In this document: positions 1 through 11,732 of the stretch, one piece after another
Layout: each line of letters begins with the position of its first letter
Numbering within the stretch: the stretch's first letter is position 1
Assembly: GCA_030390025.1 (NCBI GenBank)
Contig: CM059431.1
Span: forward strand, 100,566,001-100,630,000
DNA from: Squalus acanthias
Lineage: Eukaryota
DNA length: 64,000 nt
Reading direction: 5' to 3'
The notes under the pieces: model-generated
Databases searched by the model: none
Told to the model about the DNA's origin: nothing
The model's input: the letters and a program-made list of their open reading frames with translations, nothing else
Position numbers and translations under genes: made by a program

Positions 1-803
1 TAAATGTGAAGTTATCCACTTTGGTAGAAAAAACAGAAAGGCAGAGTATTTCCTAAATGGTGAAAGATTGGGGAATGCAGATGCTCAAAGGGACCTGGGT
101 GTCCTTGTACATGAGTCACTGAAAGTGAATGTGCAGGTGCAGCAAGCCATTAGGAAGGCAAATGGTATGCTGGCCTTCATTACAAGAGGATTTGAGTACA
201 GGAGTAAAGAAGTCTTGCTCCAATTATATAGGGACTTGGTGAGACCACACCTGGAGTATTGTGTACAATTTTGGTCTCCTTACCTAAGGAAGGATATACT
301 TGCCATAAAGGGAGTGCAACGAAGGTTCACGAGATTGATTCCTGGGATGGCGAGACTGTCGTATGAGAAGAAATTGAGTAAACTAGGCCTGTATTCTCTT
401 GAATTCAGAAGAATGAGAGGGGATCTCATTGAAGCATACAAAATTATTACAGGGCTTGATAGGATGGATGCTGGGGGAATGTTTCCCTTGGCTGGGGAGT
501 CTAGAACCAGGGGCCACAGCCTCAGGATAAAGGGTAGGCCATTCAGGACTGAGATGAGAAGAAATTTCTTCACACAGAGGGTGGTGAATCTTTGGAATTC
601 TCTACCCCAGAGGGCTGTGGAGGCTCAGTCACTGGGTATATTCAAAACAGAAGTCGCTAGATTTGTGACTAGTAAGGGCATCAAGGGATATGGCGATAGG
701 GCCGGTGAATGGAGTTGAGGCAGAAGATCAGCCATGATCTTATTGAATGGCGGAGCAGGCTCGAGGGGCCGAATGGCCTACTCCTGCTCCTATTTCTTAT
801 GTC
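1..803 (+). mobile_element. CR1 LINE (subfamily A) 3' end
   Basis: ORF 68..718 is the CR1 ORF2 C-terminus (RDLGV, RPHLEYCVQFWSP, WNSLP). 3' UTR hairpin and TTCTTATG tail present. Confidence 0.93.
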
Positions 804-1029
804 CACTGTTTGTGAAGACACTGAATAAGAATGGATGACCTTGTATAACCTTGCCTCACTCTCCTTGTGGTAAAGTGAGATTCAGTGAGTCTTTTGCTTC
901 CCTTACTTGGTCTTCTAAGTGGAGAACACATCTTGAATAATATCCAAGATTTTGACACGTACTCCCATGGCTTCCAGCTGTGTCAGGAGGGCTGCATGAA
1001 GCTCTCGGCCTTATACAAACCGAGGAACT

Positions 1030-1473
1030 GGAGAATGTTAGCTGTGAGGAAAGATTGGTTAGGCTGGGGTTGTTTTCTTTGGAACAGAACAGGTTGAGGG
1101 GAGACTTAACTGAGGTGTATAAAATTATGAGGGGCCTCCGCGGATAGAGTGGATAGGAAGGACCTATTTCCCTTAGAGAGAGATTAATAACCAGGGGGCA
1201 CAGATTTAAAGTAATCAGTAGAAGGATTAGAGGGGAGTGGGGGGTCTGGAGGGCGGTGGGGGGTCTGGAACTCACTGCCTGAAAGGGTGGTAGAGGCAGA
1301 AACCCTCATCACATTTAAAAAGTACTTGGATATGCACCTGAAGTGCCGTAACCTACAGGGCTACAGACCAAGAGCTGGAAAGTGGGATTAGGCTGGATAG
1401 CTCTTTTTCGGCCAGCACAGACATGATGGGCCGAATGGCCTCCTTCTGTGCTGTAAATTTCTATGATTCTATG
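1030..1473 (+). mobile_element. CR1 LINE (subfamily B) 3' fragment
   Basis: Collinear with 7715-8161 and ends in (ATTCTATG)n. Confidence 0.85.
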
Positions 1474-2363
1474 AAAGTGGTGTAAGTGTGGTTCCCCAGA
1501 ACCTTACTATGTTCTGCGATCTTCTGTAAAGCCACCCCCCACACAACATATTCCTCAGGAGAAAGTCTGCCTGTTGCTTTCTGATTGCCCTGCTGTCCTC
1601 CTGAGTGTGTGCAATGACAACTATAGTTTTCAAATTCACTCAGATCCCCTCTCTTGTGGACAGAAACCATAACAAGTCTCTGGAACATCAAGGGTATACA
1701 TAGTTCCAACAGAATACTGCTCACCAATTTCAGAAAGGTCATTTCCAAGGGAGTCAGCGTGGCCAGCATTGTTTTCCAAGGTCATTTCTCTTCACTACCC
1801 TCCCATAGAGCAGCTATTAGGAATCAAAATAAACACGACCACAAATACAGCTTACCTTCCTAGACTACTACATCATGCCTGACTATAATTAGACTGGAAT
1901 TCCCTTCTAAATGTTCCATAAAGTTAGCTATGACCAATAAACAGGCTAATTCTAGCTATTTACAGAATCCCCCTTCTTAGAATCTTGACGCAATTAAATA
2001 TTTCGCTAGATTATTTTGAGGTCATTTTCCATTTTAAAAGAAAAAATTAAAATGAGTTTTTGATCATCACGCGTGAGTGCCTAATAATGGGTGGCTGCAT
2101 TCAAGGTCCTGATCTCAGTCAAGTCACAGAGGTCCTTTACTGGAAGACTTATTTTTAAAACCACATCAGTGGAACAGCAGTGTGGCGCTGCATTTCAAGC
2201 TGTGTTAGGAAACCAAGTATTAGCAAACTCTCGAGTTAAAGGATCATCTCTCTCTATTGTATGACTGGAGCAGTGAATGCCCTTGTCAATTTTCCAACGT
2301 ATGTATCATATACCTATCATACACAGAAAAAAAGTAAAAGTGAAGAAAATTTCTAGCTATATT

Positions 2364-2520
2364 CAATGTTCCCTCTAATATTTTTTTTCGCGCGCCGTCC
2401 CTTTAACTGGCTGCACGGCCCATTCAAATTTTCGCGCCTGCGCGGTTTCTTCCATGTAAAAACCGGTGAGTGGCCTGTGTGGTACCGCCAGAATGCTGCG
2501 CGGACGCAGCGGGAACGTCG
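2364..2520 (+). mobile_element. hAT-type MITE (about 157 bp)
   Basis: Termini CAATGTTCCC...GGGAACGTCG, with an 8-bp TSD GCTATATT/GCTATGTT (7/8). Related copies lie at 27655-27826 and 51476-51632. Confidence 0.8.
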
Positions 2521-2659
2521 GCTATGTTATATATTTTCCAAATAAACTTAACATTTTAACAGGAACTTCTTGCAGAGGGGACTAGGACTGCAGTCCTGAA
2601 ATGGTTTGCATTTTTCTCACTAAAGTATATGCATGTGGCTCATCTTTCCAGTCACGCAA

Positions 2660-2870
2660 GAAAGAAATTTATATCGCGCCTTTCACGACCTCCGGACGTC
2701 CCAAAACGCTTTACAGCTAATGAAGTACTTTTGAAGTGTGGTCACTGCTGTAATGTAAGGAGACGCGGCCGCCAATTTGCGCACAGCAAGCTCCCACAAA
2801 CAGCAATGTGATAATGACCAGATAATCTGTTTTTACGTGTTGGTTGAGGGATAAATATTGGCCAGAACAC
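2660..2870 (-). mobile_element. DeuSINE (SacSINE1-like) 3' part
   Basis: Matches 16910-17130 (Deu-domain-like core and L2-like tail). Confidence 0.8.
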
Positions 2871-3123
2871 GTACAATTTATCATCACCGTACTAAATGCA
2901 TTCAGTTTTTAAATATTAAAATACACCATAGTTACTGTATTAACAAAAAAACAATTAGTTTATGATCAGGATGCAGTAAAATTCCCCGTCACCTATACGT
3001 TACGTTGTATGTTCTTTAGCCGTCTTACAGTCACATTCCGAGTAGCCCATCTCAAAAGTAGCTCATGCGGAATACTCTCTTTTTTAAAAAAAAGTCAGAT
3101 AACTGAACTGTGGTTAAATATAC

Positions 3124-3222
3124 CTGAACGGTCCTTTGGGTACCATCAATGCTGACAGGCAACAAGGGTGAAGCAAGGTCCCATTCACTGGTCACACTTA
3201 GCGTCTTTCCATCAACCTCCAC
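3124..3222 (-). CDS. PCCA: PCCA internal coding exon (equivalent to human exon 20), BT domain
   Basis: caacag|GTG GAG GTT GAT...ACC GTT CAG|gtatat, 99 nt, phase 0-0. It encodes [33 protein letters not shown], versus human [33 protein letters not shown]. It is contained in ORF-track entry 3052..3237. Confidence 0.96.
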
Positions 3223-4424
3223 CTGTTGTGACACCAAATAAGACTGTTACAGTGAAGACAGACAGAAAACAGATCCCAAGTCCGCTACTGTGAACAAAGC
3301 AGTAGCCATTTTAAACAGATGGTAACCCAACAGCCTGTCATGTTTATTACTTCTGCCATAAAAGACAGGGCCCAACAACATCGTCTTGAAATTATCCCTG
3401 GGGACCAGCAGTGGACCTCGGAACAGCTGTCTCTGGTTACGAAGGTTTCAAGCAATTTAAAATAAGTAACAAATAGTCATCCGACTTTTACACCTACCTT
3501 GATATGCTACATTTACTGCAATTTAACAAGTGCTGAATGTAAATTCTTGTGACACATTTCAACCTGCACATTAGGGCTTGTGTATAATAATTCGACCCTC
3601 TAAGGAATACAGAAGCAATTCTTCACTGCATCAATAATTACAACATCATTAACATTTTCATTTTAGTCGCACGGAACTTTTCTCTCAAAAAAAATCTGCT
3701 CTCTCTGTTGGGACACAACTTAGAGATGTATTTGAAAATACTGCTAAACGTTTAATGGTATCTGAATTTTCTTAAAGACATTATCTAATCTGAAGACTTT
3801 TCAGGAATAACTCGCTTAGAATTTTAATGAGGAATAAGTAATCATTGCAGGGCAAGAACATTTTATTTTACCATAAACATTCAGGCTTTTCATCTGTTCA
3901 ATCTTGCAACTAGTGAAGATTCAGAAGAGGACAGTTAAATAGGCTACATTATGAAATTTGCTGAGATTTAAGACAAGGTGGCACTAGTACAGTAGCACAA
4001 GCCTTTGCTTAGTTTTCTTCCCTCCCGTCCTGGGAGTGTTGACTCACTTCCCCCGCACCCCCTCCTCACTGCAGTATGGTTCCACAGGAGCTGGCTGCCT
4101 TCTAACACCTCAAAGTCACCGTTTTTTATGCGTGAGCCTTCACAATGAGTGCTGTTGGGATATCTTACAGCTGAGCCCAATAGTGCCCTCATCCAACAAG
4201 CATTCCTGGGTCCTTCCAAGTAGGGATTGCTGTGCAGCTATCAGGAGAAGGAACCATGGCAAATTTTCCCTTCTTACTATCTTACTGGCAACAAAGTGGA
4301 GGGAGCTTTTTCATGTTATATCAACAACAACACCTTGCATTTATATAGTGCCTTTATCATTGTAAAATGTCCCGAGCCCCTTCAAAGGAGCGTTATGAGA
4401 CCTGCTACATTTTGATGCACAGCA

Positions 4425-5010
4425 CCTAAGTCAGAAGCTGGGAATTCTGTGGCAATTGACTCACCTCCTGACTCCCCAAAGCCTTTCAGGCACAAGTCAG
4501 GAGTGTGATGGAATACTCTCCACTTGCCTGGATGAGTGCAGCTCCAACAACACCCAAGAAGCTCGACACCATCCAGGACAAAGCAGCCCGCTTGATCAGC
4601 ACCCCATCCACCACCTTAAACATTCACTCCCTCCACCACCGGCGCACCGTGGCTGCAGTGTGTACCATCTACAAGATGCACTGCAGTAACTCGCCAAGGT
4701 TTCTTCGGCAGCACCTCCCAAACCCGTGACCTCTACCACCGAGAAGGACAAGGGCAGCAGGTGCATGGGAACACCACCACCTCCAAGTTCCCCTCCAAAT
4801 CACACACCATCCTGACTTAGAGATATATCGGCCGTTCCTTCATCGCCGGTGGGTCAAAATCCTGGAACTCCCTCCCTAACAGCACTGTGGGAGTACCTTC
4901 ACCACTCGGACTGCAGCGGTTCAAGAAGGCAGCTCAGCACCACCTTCTCAGGGGCAATTAGGGATGGACAATAAATGCTGGATTTGCCAGCGACATCTAC
5001 ATCCCATGAA
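4425..5010 (+). mobile_element. CR1-clade LINE (family E) 3' end
   Basis: MEYSPLAWMSAAPTT...HSLHHRRTVAA peptide, same family as 32977-33815. Confidence 0.82.
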
Positions 5011-5499
5011 TTAATATAAAAGAGAGTTGGAATAAAAAATTGAAGTGCTTCAGTAGAGGCGATACTTGGCGCGGTTCAGCGGTGGGGCCCAAATTGCTGT
5101 TGTATTCCAAAGATTTGTTGTGACACAACAACATACAGTGGCTCACCTGTCCCAGGGAGCACTTTCACTGTACAAACATGGGTAATTATACTAAAATTAT
5201 TTTATTTTCTACTAATTTTTTTTTGAGTCTGATAGGTAAAAAAATTTAAAATTGACTAACTTCAATATAATTGCGCATGTCAAAGGGTTGCAATACCTGG
5301 GCTGCTAGCTGTGCTAATTGGTAATGGTTGTAGGGGATTTAATAAGGTTAGACTTATCTTCCGGGCAACAATGCCCAAGAAACAGGTTTCCATTGATAGG
5401 GAATTACCCAAATCATTGTTGTTTCCTCCATCCAAATATTTGAAATTAAAAAAAAAATAATTCTCAGGATGTGGGCAAGGCCGGCATTTATTACCCAAC

Positions 5500-5743
5500 A
5501 GAAAGCGCTGGAAAAACTCAGCAGGCCAGGCAACATCCGTGGAGAGAGAAACAGAGTTAACGTTTCAGGTCGAAGACCCTTCGTCAGAACTGAGAAAAAA
5601 GCAGGAAATGAAACAGATGAAAAAGCAAGTTTGGAGGCTGGGGGAGGGAATAAAAGAACAAAAGGGAAGGTCTGTGAGACGTAGAGACATTAAGAGATGC
5701 TCAAGGCGAGACGAGATGGTAATAGGACAGGTTAAGAAACAAA
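5500..5743 (-). mobile_element. Penelope-like element 3' tail (pLTR) insertion
   Basis: Reverse complement of the tail at 20250-20536. 10-bp TSD ATTACCCAAC at 5490-5499 and 5744-5753. Confidence 0.82.
5555..5591 (-). ncRNA. Minimal hammerhead ribozyme motif in Penelope tail
   Basis: Minus strand AGTT-CTGACGA-A-GGGTC ttc GACCT-GAAA-CG-TT-AACT: conserved core, stem I AGTT/AACT, stem II, and palindromic AACGTT in place of stem III. Confidence 0.7.
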
Positions 5744-6224
5744 ATTACCCAACCCTAGTTGCCCTGAGGTGGTGGTGGTGGGCCTTCTTCTTGAACTGAG
5801 TATCTGGTTTCCTTCCCTAAAGGACATTAGTGAACCAGTTGGGTTATTACGACAATCCGACAGCATCATGGTTACTTTGGTTACAGAGACCAACTTATTA
5901 TTTCCAGATTTTTAAACTTTTTTTTTTAAACTGAATTGAAATTCTCCAACTGCCATGGTGGGATCTGAACACATGTTCGACTGGATTATTAGTCCAGGCC
6001 TCTGGATTACCAGTCCAATAACATAACCACGACACCACCGTACCTATGAATGCCCTTGGAGAAAGAGGGGAAACAGAGAAGGCTATGCAGGAAATTTTTG
6101 TTTAAGAGAACAAAGCCAAAGGTCACAGTCCAGTTGTTTTGACTCTTGCTACCAAATATTTGTGAACTCTTGCCCTGGTAAATCACCATGAGGTCCATCT
6201 CTGACTAACTTCAAGCACCAGCTG

Positions 6225-6527
6225 GCAGGAGGGTCGATAACCAGAGGACACTGATTTAAGATAATTGGCAGAAGAAACAGAGGGGAGATGAGAAGTAAAT
6301 TTCACGCAGCGAGTTGCTGTGATCTGGAATGCGCTGCCTGAAAGGGCGGTGGAAGCAGATTCAATAGTAACTTTCAAAAGGGGAATTGGATAAATACTTG
6401 AAAAGGAGAAATTTACAGGGCTGTGGGGAAAGAGCAGGGGGAGTGGGACTAATTGGAGAGCTCGTTCAAAGAGCCGGAACAGGCACGATGGGCCGAATGG
6501 CCTCCTTCTGTGCTGGAGGATTCTATG
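6225..6527 (+). mobile_element. CR1 LINE (subfamily D) 3' end
   Basis: IWNALPERAVEADSIVTFK-coding segment and GGCCGAATGGCC...ATTCTATG tail. Confidence 0.82.
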
Positions 6528-6944
6528 AATACAAAAGATCACTTGCATCTTTGTGCAAGTTCATCTGCTGTCACATTCTGAACAACAGTGGCTCGCTGAA
6601 CTGACATCTTCATAAGATTTTGAAAACAACAGACCTGCAATGTTATTGAAACACAGAAGGTTGGATTGAGTTTCACCCTGTCTCGGATGTAACTCGCAAG
6701 TCACTTTGTTTTTGCAGACTCTCTCACTGATTTGTAGCAGATATGCTCTTTGAAACAAGGCTAACCAGACAGCTCACAACTCAGCTCTGCTGATAGGCCA
6801 TGCGCTATGTATTTGAACCCAGGCTCTTCAAAGAGAAATTTGTCACAGGGCAGGCGATGGAACAAAGACTGCCACCAGAACCCAAAGATACCATGGTAAG
6901 GAGCTAGCTGGTACCTGGTTAAGCTTGATTGCTTGTGACAACAA

Positions 6945-8290
6945 GGGTAAACTGTTCTCTTAAAGGTTACTAAATATAAGATAGTCACTAGTAAATCCAA
7001 TAGGGAACTCAGGAGAAACTTCTTTACCCAGAGAGTGGTGGGAATGTGGAACTCGCTGCCACAGGAGAGGTGAATAGCATAGATGCATTTAAGGGGAAGC
7101 TATGGTAATGGTCGAAGGGTGTTTTTGTGACTGGAAGGCTGTTTCCAGTGGGGTGCCGCAGGGCTCAGTACTGGGCCCTTTGCTTTTTGTGGTATATATC
7201 AATGATTTGGACTTGAATGTAGGAAGTATGATTAAGAAGTTTGCAGATGATACAAAAATTGGCCATGTGGTTGATAATGAGGAAGAAAGCTGCAGACTGC
7301 AGGAAAATATCAATGGACTGGTCAGGTGGGCCGAACAGTGGCAAATGGAATTCAATCTGGAGAAGTGTGAGGTAAAGCATTTGGGGAGGGCTAACAAGGC
7401 AAGGGAATACACTATAAATGGTAGGACACTGAGAAGTGCAGAAGATCAGAGGGACCTTGGAGTGCATGTCCACAGATCCCTGAAGGTAGCAGGACAGGTA
7501 GAAAAGGTGGTTAAGAAGGCATACGGGACTCTTGCCTTTATTAGCCGAGGCATAGTATATAAGAGCAGGGAGGTTATGCTTGAACTGTATAAAACACTAG
7601 TTAGGCCTCAGCTAGAATACTGTGTGCAGTTCTGGTCACCACATTACAGGAAGAATGTGATTGCACTAGAGAGGGTGCAGAGGAGATTTACAAGGATGTT
7701 GCCTGGGCTGGGGAATTTTAGCTATGAGGAAAGATTGGATAGGCTGGGGTTGTTTTCTTTGGAACAGAGGAGGCTGAGGGGAGACCTAATTGAGGTGTAT
7801 AAAATTATGAGGGGCCTAGATAGAGTGGATGGGAAGGACCTAATTCCCTTAGCAGAGAGGTCAATAACCAGGGAGCATAGATCTAAAGTAATTGGTCGGA
7901 GGTTTAGAGGGGATTTGAGGAGAATTTTTTTCACCCAGAGCGTGGTGGGGGTCTGGAACTCACTGCCTGAAAGGGTGGTAGAGGCAGAGACCCTCATCAC
8001 ATTTAAAAAGCACTTGGATGTGCACTTGAAGTGCCGTAACCTACAGGGCTACGGACCAAGAGCTGGAAAGTGGGAATAGGCTGGATAGCTCTTTGTCGGC
8101 CGGCACAGACACGATGGGCCGAATGGCCTCCTTCTGTGCTGTAAATTTCTATGATTCTATGATAAGTACATCAGGGAGAAAGGAATAGAAGGTCATGCTG
8201 AAAGGGTGAGATGAAGTAGGGTGGGAGAAGGCTCGTGTGGAGCATAAACATGGACCAGTTGGGCCGAATGGCCTGTTTCTGTGCTGTAGA
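6945..8290 (+). mobile_element. CR1 subfamily C 3' fragment split by a CR1 subfamily B RT fragment (7102-8161)
   Basis: The inner ORF 7102..8079 is CR1 RT ([13 protein letters not shown]) with an (ATTCTATG)n tail. The flanks join as GGGAAGCTA|GATAAGTACAT, as in the uninterrupted copy at 54150-54470. Confidence 0.88.
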
Positions 8291-8296
8291 CTCAAT

Positions 8297-8987
8297 GGGG
8301 GGAAACTTAACCCCCACGATGGGCGGGAGAGGGTCGGGTGGGTTAAATCAGTAAATATGTAAAGCCCGACTCTAAACGGCCGCAAAAGCGCCTAATTCCG
8401 GTTTAACCGCAGCAGGTTTGGGGGTGGGGCGAGTAACCAGCTCTGGAGAGGCGGGTCCGTGATTATAATATTTAAATGAAGATGCATGCCTCAGATTGGG
8501 GCTCAGGAACCCCCGGTAGCTAAAGGGAGCCAGGAGATGCCGGCTACAGCAGGTTAAATGCTTTTCCAGCACTGCTCGAGGGCCAGGAGGAGCAAGGAGT
8601 GCTGCCCCCCGGCCCCTCACGCAAATCTTCTGCCGCAATCTGTCTCCGTCCCCGCAATCTCACTCCCCACCCCTGCGATCTCCCTCTCCCCCCCGCGATC
8701 TACGTTCCCCCCTCCACGATCTCCCTAACACCCCGCAATCCTCCCCTCCGCGATTTTCCGCGCCCCACCCCCGCCACCATGCCCTGATCTTTTCCGGTCC
8801 CCGGCTGCGACCTCCTACCACTGGCTTTCCCCGCACGGCACTTGGTCAGCCTCTCAATCTGTCCGGCTGCCAGGCGGGAAACGGAATTAAAAAAAGTGAT
8901 AATGAGGTGCTGCCCTTAAATTTGGAGCACCTCCGCCTTCCCAGGCCCCCCGGCTCCTCTCTCCACCTCCCCGTAAATATCGGAGCC
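8297..8987. mobile_element. Probable Harbinger-type MITE (GC-rich, degenerate TIRs)
   Basis: Begins GGGGGGAAACTT and ends AATATCGGAGCC, with flanks AAT/ATT. Size and GC-rich architecture resemble the better-preserved copies, but the TIR match is weak. Confidence 0.45.
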
Positions 8988-9083
8988 ATTGTATCAATGT
9001 AAGTGCAACAAATCAACAAGAATCTGCAAAACCGAACCAACTTGTGAACTACTTCATCATTAGTCGAGTAAAAACCAACTACG

Positions 9084-9420
9084 ACAACAACAACTTGCAT
9101 TTATACAGCGCCTTTAACTTAGTAAAACGTCCCAAGGCGCTTCACAGGAATGTTATCAAACAAAATTTAACACCGAACCACATAAATAGATATTTGGGCA
9201 GGTGACCAAAAGCTTGGTCAAATAGGTAGGTTTTAAGGAGCGTCTTAATGGAGGAGAGAGAGGTAGGGAGACGGAGAGGTTTAGGGAGGGAATTCCAGAA
9301 CTTAGGGCCTCGGCAGCTGAAGGCACGGCCGCCAATGGTGGAGCGGTTAAAATCGGGGATGCTCACGAGGCCAGAATTGGAGGAGCGCAGAGATCTGGGA
9401 GGGTTGTAGGGCTGGAGGCC
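9084..9420 (-). mobile_element. L2 LINE 3' end
   Basis: GGRAFS..GPK.WNSLP...LKTYLF peptide (ORF 9142..9441) and (TTG)n tail. Confidence 0.85.
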
Positions 9421-10162
9421 AGTATGGGGCATACTGTGCATAGTAGCTTGTCTATTAGGGGTTTTTCAGCTCGAGTGCTCTGCCCTCAGAGTGGCGAACA
9501 GAATTTATTAAATGTGGAGTGTGGGGTTGATAGTAAAGGTGTACGTGTAAAGTTCTTCCTGAGACCACAGCATGTTTACTCGAGTAATGATGAAATTCAC
9601 TTTCTCTGAAAGGTTCGGCACCTGTTGGATGGATGACTATGCTGGAGGACTTATACAGGCCCTGTTTCAAGCAGGGTCCACAGGAACATAAAGGTCCAAT
9701 CTAGAAGTAATGGGGGCATTATAATTATACCAGGAAATGCATCCAAAGCTAGAACAGAGTCACAGGACTTTTCTTATCTGACATTTGATGGTTTCTCAAT
9801 GTCCAATCTCATTGTATGTCATTTCTTGGAAACAGTCTAGCTAGCAGTGGATGCACCATAGATGACACCAATGACTTTGGATATGAAAATATTGCCAGCG
9901 AAGCCAATCTGTTGCTTTAGCTGACAGCATCAATACTACGACTAAGCACTGGATGGAATGTGCCAATCTTACCATGCAAGTCAGGCCTCAAAACCAAAAT
10001 CACCAACTCAAATCCTTTCTTTTGGAAATTTGTTGAGGTTATTTCTCACTCAAAGACCTGCCACAAAGCTGTCAGTATTTGGGCCAATACAGCCTGAAGT
10101 TAACATATTAGCGACTGGGGAATGAAGAGGAGGGGCAGAAGCCTAAGACCAGCTCTACTTCC

Positions 10163-11395
10163 ATAAGAACATAAGAATTAGGAGCAGGAGTAGGCCATAC
10201 GGTCCCTCGGCCTGCTCCGCCATTCAATAAGATCATGGCTGATCTTCTACCTTAACTCCACTTTCCCACCCTATCCCCATATCCCTTGATTCCCCTAGAG
10301 TCCAAAAATCTATCGATCTCAGTCTTGAATATATTCAAAGACTCAGCATCCACAGCCCTCTGGGGTAGAGAATTCCAAAGATTCACAACCCTCTGAGTGA
10401 AGAAATTTCTCCTCATCTCAGTCCTAAATGGCCGACCCCTTATCCTGAGACTGTGACCCCCTAGTTCTAGACTCTCCAGCCAGGGGGAAAAAACAGGAAG
10501 ACAGATTATTATCTGAACGGCAATAGATTGGGAAAAGGGGAAGTGCAACGAGACCTGGGTGTCCTTGTGCACCAGTCGCTGAAGGTAAGCATGCAGGTGC
10601 AGCAGGCGGTTGAGAAGGCAAATGGTATGTTGGCCTTCATAGCGAGAGGATTCAAGTACAGGAGCAAGGATGTCTTGCTGCAGTTGTACAGGGCCTTGGT
10701 GAGACCACACCTTGAGTATTGTGTGCAGTTTTGGTCGCCTTATCTGAGGAAGGATGTTCTTGCCATGGAGGGAGTGCAGCGAAGATTCACCAGACTGATA
10801 CCTGGGATGGCAGGAATGACATATGAAGAGAGATTGGGTCGATTAGGCTTATATTCACTAGAGTTTAGAAGAATGAGAGGGGATCTCATTGAAACTTATA
10901 AAATTCTAACACGACTAGACAGACTAGGAAGGATGTTCCCGATGGCGGGGGAGTCCAGAACCAGGGGTCACAGTCTAAGGATAAGGGGTAAGCCATTTAG
11001 GACTGAGATGAGGAGGAATTTCTTCACCCAGAGAGTGGTGAACCTGTGGAATTCTCTACCACAGAAGGCAGTTGAGGCCAATTCATTAAATATATTCAAG
11101 AAGGAGTTAGATATATTTCTTAAGGCTAAAGGGATCAAGGGATATGGGGAGAAAGCAGGGACAGGGTACTGAATTTGGATGATCAGCCATGATCTCATTA
11201 AATGGCGGAACAGGCTCAAGGGGCCGAATGGCCTACTCCTGCTCCTATCTTCTATGTTTCTATGAAACATCCTCTCAGCATCTATCCTGTCAAGCCCTCT
11301 AAGAATTTTATATGTTTCAATGAGATCAACTCTCATTCTTCTTACCTCCAGAGAATATAGGCCCATTCTACTCAATATATAGGCCCATTCTACTT
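10163..11395. mobile_element. Minus-strand CR1-A fragment split by a plus-strand CR1-A' copy (about 10487-11262)
   Basis: The inner ORF 10528..11172 ends in a (TTCTATGT)n tail. The outer pieces rejoin as CCAGCCAGGGGAAA|CATCCTCTCAGC. Confidence 0.87.
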
Positions 11396-11732
11396 CCAGT
11401 TCTGTGACAGGCCGTGTCAGTGCTTTGCTTAATGCTGCTGTTGGTTTATTGAGTGAGGCGAATAGTGGGGTTTTGTTTCTCTTAAAGGACCACTGGGTGG
11501 CAGCAGTGTTTTTCAGACGGTGCCTGGCACGGAAGGTCTGGAGCACCAGTGGCGAAGAGCCAGTGTGAATGCCAGATGATTTGATGAAAACTGTGTTTTG
11601 AAAATGCTTCAAAGTTCACGTTTGATTTTGTGCCTGACCCGGAGCATCTGCAAATCACAAAACAGCTGAATTCCACGATCTTGACGATACAAAAAGGGTT
11701 AAGGGCACCAATCAGCCTTCCAACACTTTCCT

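Larger units (their letters stand above)
5455..6043 (-). mobile_element. tRNA-derived SINE sharing its 3' tail with LINE family E, split by a Penelope tail insertion
   Basis: The minus-strand head has A/B-box-like GGTGTCGTGG and GTTCAGATCC. The tail GTTCAAGAAGAAGGCCCACCACCACC...GGGCAACTAGGG matches 4918-5010. Confidence 0.65.

Noticed and set aside
280..573. Recurring minus-strand ORFs such as MKKFLLISVLNGLPFILRL... (also 31766, 36773, 37520, 46251 and others)
   Set aside because: Antisense shadows of CR1 ORF2. They recur only because the repeat recurs.
1475..3050. Search for the next PCCA exon (CLSR...FLGT-like)
   Set aside because: No matching peptide found by eye. It probably lies beyond the left edge. 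The preceding exon is likewise not seen right of 61806.
3052..3237. ORF-track entry as a stand-alone 61-aa gene
   Set aside because: Only 3124-3222 is exonic. The flanks are intronic read-through past the splice sites.
5140..5180. Possible minus-strand micro-exon (tttgtacag...GACAG|gtgagc)
   Set aside because: No similarity to PCCA, and the flanking exons already join in frame without a gap. Splice-like motifs are common by chance.
9587..9610. ATGATGA...CTGA resembling C/D snoRNA boxes
   Set aside because: The boxes are only about 11 nt apart, there is no terminal stem, and the motif is antisense to the host gene.
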